Origin: an uncultured Spirochaetota bacterium
Lineage (GTDB): Bacteria; Spirochaetota; Spirochaetia; SZUA-6; Fen-1364
Assembly: GCA_963781885.1 (NCBI GenBank)
Contig: CAWAHW010000005.1
Coordinates: 1-64,000, forward strand
DNA length: 64,000 bases
Direction of reading: 5' to 3'
In this document: positions 20,222 through 29,664 of the stretch, in pieces
How positions within the stretch are numbered: the first letter of the stretch is position 1
Layout: each line of letters begins with the position of its first letter
Translations under genes and position numbers: made by a program
The notes under the pieces: model-generated
Database searches by the model: none
What the model was told of the DNA's origin: nothing
Seen by the model: only the letters and a program-made list of their open reading frames with translations

Positions 20222-21001
20222 GTGCGAGTCCTCCTGATCTGCCCGATCCCGCTCGAATACACCACGTGCCGAACGGCGCTGTCCCTGCGCGACTCGGAGC
20301 CGGTGCTCGGCTGCCGCACGGCGCGGGGCTCCGCCGGAAATGTCGACATCATGGCGATGGCGACCGGCCCGGCAAAAGCGCGCGCCGCGGCCGGCACCGT
20401 TGCCGGCATCGCGCATTTCCAGCCCGACCTTGTCGTCGATTCCGGCACCTGCGGCGCGCTGGATGGCGACCTGATCGTGAATGCCATCGTCCTGGGAACC
20501 TCCTGCCTCGAATATGACATCTCGGGAAGCGGGCTTCCTCACCGGATAATACCCGAGATGAAGCTGCCTTCCGCTTTCGACATCATCGCCCGACGGGAGT
20601 CGCAGAAGCTCGTCCGCGCCTTCACCGAGCTCGGCAAGGACCAGGGCATTCACGTGCGCGCCGGCATCCAGGCCTGCGGGGAGTTTTTCATCCAGTCGGC
20701 GCAGGTGCGGGAATCCTTGCAGCGCGTCAGCGGGGCCGCTGCCTGCAACTGGGAAAGCGCGGGCGTCTTTGTCGGCGCGCTGCGCTCGCGCATCCCGCCC
20801 CTCAGCATCCGCGCGGTTTCAGACCTTGGCGATGAGGAAGCCATGCGCGACTTCCGCCGCAATGTGCGCCGCTGCGCGCAGGGCCTGTATCGCTTCATCC
20901 GTGACGCGCTGGAGGCAGGGTGGTTCGCCGAGCTGCACAAGAAATGGCAGGCCGTGCCGCGCGGCCAGATCGACAAGCTGCCACAGAGAGTTTTGCCGTA
21001 G
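20222..21001 (+). CDS. MTA/SAH nucleosidase-like (PNP_UDP_1 family) protein
   Basis: ICPIPLEY, TGPAKARAA, VVDSGTCGAL, CGEFFI, NWESAG, IRAVSDL. Confidence 0.75.
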   Translation: MRVLLICPIPLEYTTCRTALSLRDSEPVLGCRTARGSAGNVDIMAMATGPAKARAAAGTVAGIAHFQPDLVVDSGTCGALDGDLIVNAIVLGTSCLEYDISGSGLPHRIIPEMKLPSAFDIIARRESQKLVRAFTELGKDQGIHVRAGIQACGEFFIQSAQVRESLQRVSGAAACNWESAGVFVGALRSRIPPLSIRAVSDLGDEEAMRDFRRNVRRCAQGLYRFIRDALEAGWFAELHKKWQAVPRGQIDKLPQRVLP

Positions 21002-21228
21002 CCCTGCCGCGAGCTTGCGGCGTTGGATGGCGAGGGCGAGCGAGTGCAGGGAAGTACGGAAGCGAGCCCGTAGCCCTGCCGCGAGCTTGCGGCGTTGGAT
21101 GGCGAGGGCGAGCGAGTGCAGGGAAGGCCGGAAGCGAGCCCGTAGCCCTGCCGCGAGCAACTCCGCGGCGTACCGCGGAAGGCGGCATTGGAAGCGTAGC
21201 GCGCCGGAGGCGCGCGGAGGGCGGCAGC
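20996..21228. repeat. Composite intergenic repeat copy 1 (72-bp unit, about 2.3 copies, plus hairpin tail)
   Basis: GCCCTGCCGCGAGC at 21001, 21073 and 21145; shares its head and tail with 24216-24413. Confidence 0.9.
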
Positions 21229-21403
21229 GCGGTCGCTCCTGGCGACATTTTGGCCGTGCAGCGGACAGCAACAGCCGCGCTGGGGGGGGCGGCGTCCGTT
21301 TACGGAAACGGCGGGAATGACCCGGAAATAGCGCCGGCTTTTGCTTGATTTCGGGACGGGGTCGGGGTAGTATCAGCCCAGCACGCGAGAGGGGGGAATT
21401 GCT

Positions 21404-21610
21404 GTGTCGAAGACCTACGTGGAAACCTCGACCGAGCTGCTCGAAGGAATCGATGAAATGGTCCGGGAAGGCTATTACGCCAGCCGGACCGAGGGGATCA
21501 ACGATGCGATCCGCCTCCTTCTGAAACAGTACAAGCTCTCAAAGCTCCATGAGAAGGATTCCGGCCTGAAGGACAAATCGCCTGTTGGAGGGGAGAACGG
21601 CGGGGTGTGA
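21404..21610 (+). CDS. Ribbon-helix-helix (CopG/Arc/MetJ-like) protein
   Basis: LLEGIDEMVREGYYASRTEGINDAIRLLL pattern; purine-rich RBS; overlaps the next gene (GTGA). Confidence 0.7.
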   Translation: MSKTYVETSTELLEGIDEMVREGYYASRTEGINDAIRLLLKQYKLSKLHEKDSGLKDKSPVGGENGGV

Positions 21611-22467
21611 TCGGCCAGGTCGTCGCGGGCATTGACGGATCACTCAATTCGCTCACGGCGTTCCAGTACGCCCTGGACCTCGCGCGCAGGGTCCATGCGG
21701 AGGTGAAGGTCGTCTTTGTCGTGGACTCCCGCAAGACCGATCTTCCCATCATCTACGCGGCCAGCCACTTCGATTACGGCTTCGAGCGGGTCTACATCCC
21801 GCCGGAACCCGGCCTGAAGGGCTTCTATGACCGGGTGCGGCACGACATCCGCGCTTTCGCGGAGAATTGTCTTGCCCTCTGCCGCAAGGATGCGGAGGCC
21901 GCGCGCGTGCCGATGACCTCGCTCGTGCGGGAAGGGCTGCCGTCCGGCGTCCTCACGGAAGAAGCCCGGTCGGGAGACCTGCTCGTCCTGGGTCAGAAAG
22001 GGGAGAACGCGCACATCGAGCGCGCTATTGTCGGCTCCACCACGGAGGACGTGGTCCGATCGACCCCCCGGCCGGTCCTTGTCTGCCCCGCCAGCTTCCG
22101 AAGCCCCCAGCGCGTCCTTTTCCCCTACGACGGCAGCCCCGTGGCGGAAATCGCCCTCCAGTTCTGCGTGAACGCGTTCGGCAGCATCTGGGACGAGATG
22201 GTCGTTCTCACGGTGACGGAAGAGATGGAGGACAGCTTTCCCTTCGACACGGAGCTCGGCTACCTGGGAACGCACGGCATCCCGTATCGGCTCGTCATGG
22301 AAGCCGGCAAGCCGGTGGATACCATTCCCCGGGTGGCAACACGCGAAAAGGCGGACCTCATCCTCATCGGGGCACACGGCCGGCACAAGATACGCGACTA
22401 CCTGTTGGGCTCCACCGCCTCCCACCTGATCCGCAGGAGTGACCTGCCCGTTCTCGTCGCTTTCTGA
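21607..22467 (+). CDS. Universal stress protein (tandem UspA domains)
   Basis: AGIDGS...DLLVLGQKG...VGSTTEDVVR.TPRPVLV and PYDGS...DLILIGAHG...LGSTASHLIR.SDLPVLV. Confidence 0.9.
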   Translation: MIGQVVAGIDGSLNSLTAFQYALDLARRVHAEVKVVFVVDSRKTDLPIIYAASHFDYGFERVYIPPEPGLKGFYDRVRHDIRAFAENCLALCRKDAEAARVPMTSLVREGLPSGVLTEEARSGDLLVLGQKGENAHIERAIVGSTTEDVVRSTPRPVLVCPASFRSPQRVLFPYDGSPVAEIALQFCVNAFGSIWDEMVVLTVTEEMEDSFPFDTELGYLGTHGIPYRLVMEAGKPVDTIPRVATREKADLILIGAHGRHKIRDYLLGSTASHLIRRSDLPVLVAF

Positions 22468-22478
22468 CGGAGGCCTGC

Positions 22479-23144
22479 ATGCGCCCCGCCGCCGCACCGA
22501 ATCCGGCAGCCGAACGGATGGTGAGGCTGCAGCTCGAGCATCGTGACATCTCGGACGAGCGCGTCCGCGCCGCCATGAGGAATGTTCCCCGTCACCTCTT
22601 CGTTCCCCCGGGCAGCCGCTCCTCCGCCTACGACGACCATCCCGTTCCCATTGGTCATGGACAGACGATCTCCCAGCCCTACATGGTCGCCTTCATGACG
22701 CAGGCGCTGGAGCTGCGGCATGGCGAGCGCGTCCTGGAGATCGGCACGGGAAGCGGTTACCAGACCGCGGTCCTCGCGGAGCTGTGCGCCGCGGTCTGGA
22801 GCATCGAGCGCATCGCCCCGCTCGCGGAGCGCGCCGCGGCCGTCCTTGCCGAGCTCCGCTACGACAACGTGACGCTGCGCACGGCCGACGGGAGCCAGGG
22901 CTGGCAGGAGGAAGCACCATTCGATCGGATCCTGGTGACCGCGGCAGCGCCGTCGGTCCCGGAGCCGCTCGTGCGCCAGCTTTCCGACAACGGCATCCTC
23001 GTCGTACCCGTCGGCGATTGGCGCCGCTTCCAGGAGCTCGTGGTCGTCCGCCGAACGGCAGGCGCGGTCTCCGTGGAACGCAGCGTCGGCTGCCGGTTCG
23101 TGCCGCTCATCGGCAGCGCGGGCTTTCCGGACAGGGACCGTTGA
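22479..23144 (+). CDS. pcm: Protein-L-isoaspartate O-methyltransferase
   Basis: VPRHLFV, PIGHGQTISQPYMVA, VLEIGTGSGYQ, APFDRILVTAA, RFVPL. Confidence 0.95.
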   Translation: MRPAAAPNPAAERMVRLQLEHRDISDERVRAAMRNVPRHLFVPPGSRSSAYDDHPVPIGHGQTISQPYMVAFMTQALELRHGERVLEIGTGSGYQTAVLAELCAAVWSIERIAPLAERAAAVLAELRYDNVTLRTADGSQGWQEEAPFDRILVTAAAPSVPEPLVRQLSDNGILVVPVGDWRRFQELVVVRRTAGAVSVERSVGCRFVPLIGSAGFPDRDR

Positions 23145-23195
23145 CAAAGGCGGCGCTCCGGCGCCCAATGCACACCGCGAGGGGAATCCCGACAC

Positions 23196-24221
23196 ATGGC
23201 CGTACCTGTTTTCCGTCCCACCGTCAAGCGCAAGGACATGGGGAGCGTGCTCTCCTGCATCGTCTCCGACAAGCTCGGACCCGGGGAGATAACGCACGAG
23301 CTCATCTCCCGCGCCGGGCATCTCCTCGGGCACGCGGGCGGCGTGACGCTGGCCAATGCCTACATGGCGCTCTCCGTGGCCCTGGAAGCCCTTGGCGTCG
23401 GAACCGGGGACTCGGTGATCCTGCCGGCGCTCGCTCCCGCGGTTTGGCTGCGCGTGCTCCTGGACAAGGGCATGGTGCCGCTGGTGGCCGACGTGGAGCC
23501 CGAAACCGCCAGCATCGACCCGGCGCAGGTGGCGGCGCTGGCGCAGAAAGGCGCGAAGGCCATTCTCGTGCCGCATACGCTGGGCATCGTCGCCGACATC
23601 GAGGCGCTGAGGACGCACGGCATTCCGATTCTGGAGGATGCGTCAGATTCCCTGGGGGGAAAGATCGGCGAGCATCCCTGCGGCGGGGCGGCGGACATCT
23701 GCCTGCTCTCTCTCAACCCGGAAGACATCGTGACCTGCGGCGGCGGCGCGCTCGTGCTCGGCCGGTCGCGGAACGCGGCCGGCGCGCTTCGGCGCATCCA
23801 GGAGGCGTCTCCCCTCTATTCCCCGCTCCCCGACATGAATGCGGCTCTGGGAATTTCACAGATTGCAGCGCTGGAAACATTCGTGCTCGCCCGCCGGGAA
23901 ATCGCCGCCGTCTACGGCCAGTCTCTCCTGAAGGCGCGCCATCGCAGCCTCGTGCAGAAGGTGGAAGCGGAAAACGTGCTCTCCTCCTTCCCCGTCGCGC
24001 TCTCCGACGGAATGAAAGAAGTCCGGACCTACGCGCTCAAGAAGAACGTGGACACCGCTCCCGCTTTCGCGGATACGATCGCGGCACTCGAGGAGTCGCC
24101 GGGCGCGCATTGCGTCAACGCGCGGTCCCTCGTGCTGCGCTGCCTGCTTTTCCCGCTCTACCCGATGCTGGGCAAGCGCGACGTCGAGGCCGTCTGCAAG
24201 GTCCTCGCGACGCTTCCGTAG
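23196..24221 (+). CDS. DegT/DnrJ/EryC1/StrS aminotransferase-fold protein (PLP lysine absent)
   Basis: GDSVILP, KAILVPHTLG, ILEDASDSLG, LSLNPEDIVTCGGG, LFPLYP. Confidence 0.75.
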   Translation: MAVPVFRPTVKRKDMGSVLSCIVSDKLGPGEITHELISRAGHLLGHAGGVTLANAYMALSVALEALGVGTGDSVILPALAPAVWLRVLLDKGMVPLVADVEPETASIDPAQVAALAQKGAKAILVPHTLGIVADIEALRTHGIPILEDASDSLGGKIGEHPCGGAADICLLSLNPEDIVTCGGGALVLGRSRNAAGALRRIQEASPLYSPLPDMNAALGISQIAALETFVLARREIAAVYGQSLLKARHRSLVQKVEAENVLSSFPVALSDGMKEVRTYALKKNVDTAPAFADTIAALEESPGAHCVNARSLVLRCLLFPLYPMLGKRDVEAVCKVLATLP

Positions 24222-24413
24222 CCCTGCCGCGAGCTTGCGGCGTTGGAAGGCGAGGGCGAGCGAGTGCACAAATGCCGCCGAATACGGTGGCCGCGGATGC
24301 ACGGGAGCGAGCCCATAGCCAGGGAGGGCGAGGGCGAGCGAGTGCAGGGAGGCACGGGAGCGAGCCCATAGCCAGGGAAGCGTAGCGCGGTACGCCGCGC
24401 GGAGGGTGGGAGC
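24216..24413. repeat. Composite intergenic repeat copy 2
   Basis: CCGTAGCCCTGCCGCGAGCTTGCGGCGTTGGA.GGCGAGGGCGAGCGAGTGCA matches copy 1; internal duplication GCACGGGAGCGAGCCCATAGCCAGGGA; tail GGAAGCGTAGCGCG..GCGCGGAGGG. Confidence 0.88.
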
Positions 24414-24462
24414 CGCGAATCTCCCTTGCCTTCCCGCGCCGCCGCAACTATAGTTAGCGCAC

Positions 24463-25327
24463 ATGTCAGGCAAGCAGCGCGTCATTCGCAAGGTACTGAC
24501 AGTCATCAACTCCCGCAAGGATGATGTACAGAGCGTTGTTCGCTCCATCCAGGACCTCGCGCAGGCGCGCGGCATGGAATGGGTCGCCCTGGATTTTTCC
24601 AATCACACCGACACGGTGGACCTATCGAACGTGGACCTCGCCATTTCCCTGGGGGGGGACGGGACCCTGCTTTCCTGCGCCCGCATGCTCGCGGAGCGCG
24701 ACGTGCCCATACTCGCGGTGAACATGGGCGATTTCGGGTTCATCACGGAGGTGCCCAAAAGCGAGCTGGAGGACGCCTGGAGTCGCTTCCTCGACGGGCG
24801 GCTCGGCGTGAGCAGGCGTCTCATGCTGTCGGTGGAGGTCCTGCGCGAAGGCCGGCAGGTGGCCTCGTTCGTCGGCTTGAATGAGGCGGTCATCGGGATC
24901 AAGGGCATCTCGCGCATGATACGGCTGAAGATTTTTCTCTCGGATACCTATATGGGGCGCTACCGCGCCGACGGTGTGATCATCGCCACGCCCACAGGTT
25001 CCACCGCCTACTCCATGGCGGCAGGCGGTCCCATCCTCCACCCCGAGATGGAGGCATTCATCCTCACGCCCATCTGCCCCTTCACCCTGTCCAATCGGCC
25101 CACGGTCGTGCCCGGCAACGGAGATGCTGCGCGTGGAGGTGGAAGAGCCGCAGAAGGTGGAAACGGTGCTCACCATCGACGGCCAGGAGAGCTTTCCCCT
25201 CCTGCCCCGTGACTGCGTCGCCATCAGGCGCGCGGCGCACAAGGCGCTGATCGTCCACACCGACAAACGCACATTCTACGAGGTGCTCCGGACCAAGCTC
25301 AACTGGTCGGGGGAACCGAATGCTTGA
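24463..25327 (+). CDS. nadK: NAD kinase, one frameshift near 25120
   Basis: [37 protein letters not shown]; removing one G joins PGN to EMLRVEV...IDGQ...LRTKLNW (25124..25327). Confidence 0.9.
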
Positions 25328-27020
25328 AGAGCTGCACGTCCACAACTTCGCCATCATCGAAAAGCTCACGGTGCGCTTCGCGGAGGGTCTGAACATCCTG
25401 AGCGGGGAGACGGGCGCGGGCAAGTCCATCCTTGTCGGCGCGCTCGGCCTGCTCCTGGGAGACAAGACGGACACCTCCATCATCCGCTCGGGCGCGGAAG
25501 AGACCACCGTCTCCGGCGTCGTCGCGGTCAACGGCAATGCGGAGGCCCTCCAGTGGCTCGCGGCCCGCGGCATTGACCCGGAGGAGGGAAGCGTGATCCT
25601 GCGGCGCATGCTGAAATCCAATGGCCGCGGGTCCATCTTCATCCAGTCCACGCCCGTGACGCGGACGGACCTGCACGACTTCTCCGCCCACCTCTTCGAC
25701 ATGCACGGCCAGCACGAGCATCAGTCGCTCCTCGACCTGGAAAATCATCGACGACTGGTCGACCGCTGGGCGGGGACGGAGGAGCTTGCAGAGAAGTTCC
25801 ACGTCCTTTACGCGTCCCTTGCGTCACTGCGGGAAAGGCACTCCAAGCTCGTGAGCGACGAGCGGGAGAGGCTCCGGCGCACGGACCTCCTCACTTATGC
25901 CGTGGCGGAGATCAAGGCAATGAAGCTGAAGCCGGGGGAGGATGAGGAGCTGGAAAAGGAGCTTGCCATCCTCGTCCACCACGAAAAGCTGTTCACCCTC
26001 CTGGAGGACGTGCATGCACGGATCTCGGAAGGCGCCGGCGGCGTCCTGGCGGCGCTCCGCGCCGCACGGCACTCAATGGATGAGATAATGGGCATCGATC
26101 CGTCCCTGTCCCGTCCCGCGCACCAGCTGGAGGACGCATTCTACGAAATAGAGGATTTCGCGGAAAACATCCGGCAGTACAAGTCCAAGGCGGATTTCAG
26201 CCCCGGACGGCTGGACGATGTGCAGACGCGGCTGTCGTCGATACGGGCGCTGGAAAAGAAATACGGCGATACGATCGATGAGGTCCTGGCCTACTGCGCC
26301 GCCGGTGAGACGGAGCTTGCCGGCATGGAGAACTGGGAAGAGGAAAAGCAGAAGCTCGAAGCGGACATCGCCGGCACGGAAAAGGAGGTTGCGGCCCTTG
26401 CCCGGCAGCTTTCGGAAAAGCGCGTCGCGGGCGGCGCCGATCTTTCCACGAAAATAGAAGGAGAGCTGCGCGACCTGGGCATGCCGAAGGTGAGCTTCAA
26501 AGTGCTCATCGCGGATGCCACCCGGGCGGACGGGACGCCCGTCCTCACCCCCTATGGCAAGGACTCCATCGAATTCGTCATCTCGCCCAATCTCGGGGAG
26601 CCCTTCAAGAGGCTGCGGGCCATCGCCTCCGGCGGCGAGCTGTCGCGCGTCATGCTCGCCATCAAGGGCGTGCTCGCCGAATCAGACCGGGTGAGCACTC
26701 TCATCTTCGACGAGGTGGACGCCGGCATCGGCGGCGAGGTGGCCCTTTCCGTCGGCGAGCGCCTCGCGGCCCTCTCCCGGCACAAGCAAATCCTCTGCAT
26801 TACGCATCTCGCCACCATCGCCGTTCGCGCCGATAATCATTTGAGGATCGAAAAGGTGGCGCAGGCCGGCCGCACCCTCACGAGGGTGGAGAAGGTCACG
26901 GGCGCTGCGCGGCAGGAAGAGATCGCGAGGATGCTTGCGGGGGACAGGAAGGGCGAGCTCTCCCTCCAGCACGCCGGCGAGCTGCTTGCGAAGTACGGTC
27001 CGGGAAGGGGCGACGGGTGA
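25320..27020 (+). CDS. recN: DNA repair protein RecN
   Basis: [50 protein letters not shown]. Confidence 0.96.
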   Translation: MLEELHVHNFAIIEKLTVRFAEGLNILSGETGAGKSILVGALGLLLGDKTDTSIIRSGAEETTVSGVVAVNGNAEALQWLAARGIDPEEGSVILRRMLKSNGRGSIFIQSTPVTRTDLHDFSAHLFDMHGQHEHQSLLDLENHRRLVDRWAGTEELAEKFHVLYASLASLRERHSKLVSDERERLRRTDLLTYAVAEIKAMKLKPGEDEELEKELAILVHHEKLFTLLEDVHARISEGAGGVLAALRAARHSMDEIMGIDPSLSRPAHQLEDAFYEIEDFAENIRQYKSKADFSPGRLDDVQTRLSSIRALEKKYGDTIDEVLAYCAAGETELAGMENWEEEKQKLEADIAGTEKEVAALARQLSEKRVAGGADLSTKIEGELRDLGMPKVSFKVLIADATRADGTPVLTPYGKDSIEFVISPNLGEPFKRLRAIASGGELSRVMLAIKGVLAESDRVSTLIFDEVDAGIGGEVALSVGERLAALSRHKQILCITHLATIAVRADNHLRIEKVAQAGRTLTRVEKVTGAARQEEIARMLAGDRKGELSLQHAGELLAKYGPGRGDG

Positions 27021-27829
27021 TGAAAAAGCCTAGCGAGGAAGCCAGGCGCCGCTACGCGGAATACATCCAGGATTACAAGAACGGGATAGAATCGATACTC
27101 GCCAAGGAAAAGACCATGAAGGAGGTGGTCGCGCGCGGCGAGTCTGGCGCCAACTACCAGAAGCTGGGCCTTGCGGATGACAACCTCAATATCGTGGCCA
27201 GCTACCTGCTCATGAGCTCCCTGTCTCTCTCCTTTCTCGGCGTGAAGAATGAGACATTCCTCAATGAGGCGCGCAAGTGCATCTACAAGGCCATCTTCTA
27301 CCTGGAAGAGGTCGTTTCGGCATACGTGGATGCGCCTTTTTCCGACTACGAGCCGGGCCTGGAGTCCATCGCGGCCTTCTCCGATGAAAGCCGCTATAAC
27401 CTGGTCCGCAAGATCGGTTTCACCATCGATTCCCTGGAGGAGGGCTTCGGGGAGAACTCAAAGTGGAAATGGTCGTTCGTGGAGTTGGAGGGAAGATACG
27501 CCACCGTCGCCAAGAACCTCATCAACCTCAAGACGTTCATCGGCGGCATGGATCCCCGCGTGGAGGGTTATGCCTCCCGCATGGCGCACCTGAGCCTGTC
27601 CCGGGACCTGCTCCAGCAGGCGGCCGACCGCTATCGGGAAAAATACGAGCTTTCCACTCTGCGCATCGACGACATCAAGGCAGCGATCAATTTTCTTTCC
27701 GCCGTCCGACGGCTCCATATCGTGCTCGGGGAAACGGATCAGGCCGACGTCGTGAAGAAGAAGATGGACATCTGGCGCACGAAGATGGAAAATGACCTCA
27801 AGAAGGCGGAAGAAACCCCCCGCCGCTAG
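27017..27829 (+). CDS. Conserved helical hypothetical protein (spirochaete recN-linked)
   Basis: 270-aa ORF with coding-like composition, overlapping the recN stop; GENSKWKWSF, YREKYELS; no function recognised. Confidence 0.75.
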   Translation: MMKKPSEEARRRYAEYIQDYKNGIESILAKEKTMKEVVARGESGANYQKLGLADDNLNIVASYLLMSSLSLSFLGVKNETFLNEARKCIYKAIFYLEEVVSAYVDAPFSDYEPGLESIAAFSDESRYNLVRKIGFTIDSLEEGFGENSKWKWSFVELEGRYATVAKNLINLKTFIGGMDPRVEGYASRMAHLSLSRDLLQQAADRYREKYELSTLRIDDIKAAINFLSAVRRLHIVLGETDQADVVKKKMDIWRTKMENDLKKAEETPRR

Positions 27830-28086
27830 GGCGACGCGGTAGCCCGCGTCATTTGATGGGCGACGCGGTAGCCCGCGTCATTTGATGGGCGACGCGGTAG
27901 CCCGCGTCATTTGATGGGCGACGCGGTAGTCCGCGTCATTTGATGGGCGATGCGGTAACCCGCGTCATTTGATGGGCGACGCGGTAATCCGCGTCATTTG
28001 ATGGGCGATGCGGTAACCCGCGTCATTTGATGGGCGACGCGGTAATCCGCGTCATTTGATGGGCGACGCGGTAGCCCGCGTTATTT
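27829..28086. repeat. Tandem array, 9 x 29 bp REP-like hairpin (GGGCGACGCGG-TAGC-CCGCGTCATTTGAT)
   Basis: Units start at 27829, 27858, 27887, 27916, 27945, 27974, 28003, 28032 and 28061; no spacers; lies between convergent genes. Confidence 0.97.
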
Positions 28087-28107
28087 AGTGCGTCCCGCCG
28101 CGATTCT

Positions 28108-28524
28108 CTACGTCATCCCGTCTTTCAGCGAATGCAGCGCGTCCATTGGAATGAGCGCGCCGATCGTCGTCTCGTGGGGCACGCCGTCCCGGCCGGCAAA
28201 GTAGACCGGCATGTCAGGGGGGCAGAACTCTGAAAGCACCTGCCGGCAGCCGCCGCACGGCGACACCGCCGTCTCCGCCTTCGGGCAGGAGACGGCGATC
28301 GCCGAGAAATCCCGCCTGCCCATCGACAGGGCCGTGAAGATCGCGCTCCGTTCCGCGCAGTTCGTGAGCCCAAAGGACCTGTTCTCGATGTTCGTCCCCG
28401 TCACGATGGCTCCATCGCCGCACAGGAGGGCGGCGCCGACGGGAAACTTGGAGTAGGGGGAGTAGGAATTCCGCGCCGCCTCCCGCGCGCGCGCCAGAAG
28501 CTCCTTCGAATCGGGCTCAGTCAT
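28108..28524 (-). CDS. cdd: Cytidine deaminase
   Basis: YSPYSKFPVGAA, G.NIEN.SFGLTNCAER, SPCGGCRQ. Confidence 0.94.
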   Translation of the reverse strand: MTEPDSKELLARAREAARNSYSPYSKFPVGAALLCGDGAIVTGTNIENRSFGLTNCAERSAIFTALSMGRRDFSAIAVSCPKAETAVSPCGGCRQVLSEFCPPDMPVYFAGRDGVPHETTIGALIPMDALHSLKDGMT

Positions 28525-28551
28525 TGACAAACCCCCTCGTGCACGAATACG

Positions 28552-29664
28552 ATGTCGCCTGCCAAAGGAGCGGCGAGAGTGGCTTCTTCCGTGAAAAAGA
28601 GGCGACCGGCGGGCATCTTCTTCGCCGCCCTGCTCGTCATCATACTTTATTTTCTCCTTTTTCCCTATCCCGCAGGCCGGGAGCTGGTCGCCCGGCCCGT
28701 CTGGGCGGAGGCGCTTCCGGCCCCTGGATCCACGGCCGGCTCTGCACCGTCAACGCCCGTTGCTCCCTTCCAGCTCGGGGCCGTCTTCGGCTTCGTCTCC
28801 GGCGACGGCACCGTGAGCGACGTCGACGGCACCCCCTATCGCGTGGCGCTCTCCGAATCGGGATTCGTGAGCTTCTCCCGGCTGGACACGGACTGGATCC
28901 TCCGGGACGTGACCGGGGCGCGCGTCGCGAGCTTTTCCGGCAGCGGGTATCCTCTGCTCAGCCCGGACGGCAGCAGGTTCTTCAACGTGAAGACCGACCT
29001 GTCCGGCATCACGGAGATGGATCGCAGCGGCGGGATCGTCTGGAGCAGAGACTTCCCCGCCATGATGACGAGCGCGGCCATACGCGGAGACGTGGTGGTG
29101 GTCGGCCTGCTGGACGGCACGCTGCTCCTCCTGAACCGTCAGGGATCGCCCGTGTTCACGGACCCTCCGGGACCGGCGCGCATCCCGGTGATCTTCGGCA
29201 CGGCGGTGGCGGACGATGCCTCGTTGATCGCGAGCATCGGCGGCATCGATCCGCAGTACGTCTCCGTGCTGCGCCGCAGCGGCGCGACCTACGAGCCGGT
29301 GGCGCGCCAGGCGGTAACCTCCGATTTCCGCCGCGAGGTGCGCATCGCCTTCTCGCCGGACGCGCATTACCTCGTCTTCGAGTCAAAGGACGGCGCGGAG
29401 ATGATGGACCCCGCGGCGCGACGCGTGAGCACGGTCGGCCTGCGCGGAGCGCTTGCGGGCATTGCTTTCCCCGGTGCCGGCCGCTATGCCGCGGTCGCCG
29501 GTGACGACGGCGCGCAGGCCGACCTTGCAATCGTCTCGCCGTCCGGCGTTCCCGTCATGCACGAATCCTTTTCCGCGGCGAGGCTTTCCCTGGGGAGCGT
29601 GGACGGCCAGCTCCTCCTGGTCTGGGACGGCAGGCTGGCCCGGATCGACGTGGGGGCGCTCTGA
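28552..29664 (+). CDS. Membrane-anchored beta-propeller-like (WD40/PQQ-like) hypothetical protein
   Basis: Basic N-terminus plus one TM helix (IFFAALLVIILYFLLF); repeated LSPDG/FSPDA/GLLDG beta-strand patterns. Confidence 0.6.
   Translation: MSPAKGAARVASSVKKRRPAGIFFAALLVIILYFLLFPYPAGRELVARPVWAEALPAPGSTAGSAPSTPVAPFQLGAVFGFVSGDGTVSDVDGTPYRVALSESGFVSFSRLDTDWILRDVTGARVASFSGSGYPLLSPDGSRFFNVKTDLSGITEMDRSGGIVWSRDFPAMMTSAAIRGDVVVVGLLDGTLLLLNRQGSPVFTDPPGPARIPVIFGTAVADDASLIASIGGIDPQYVSVLRRSGATYEPVARQAVTSDFRREVRIAFSPDAHYLVFESKDGAEMMDPAARRVSTVGLRGALAGIAFPGAGRYAAVAGDDGAQADLAIVSPSGVPVMHESFSAARLSLGSVDGQLLLVWDGRLARIDVGAL

Noticed and set aside
27829-28086. CRISPR array (29-bp palindromic repeats)
   Set aside because: The units are contiguous with no unique spacers, and there are no cas genes; the same holds for the other four arrays.
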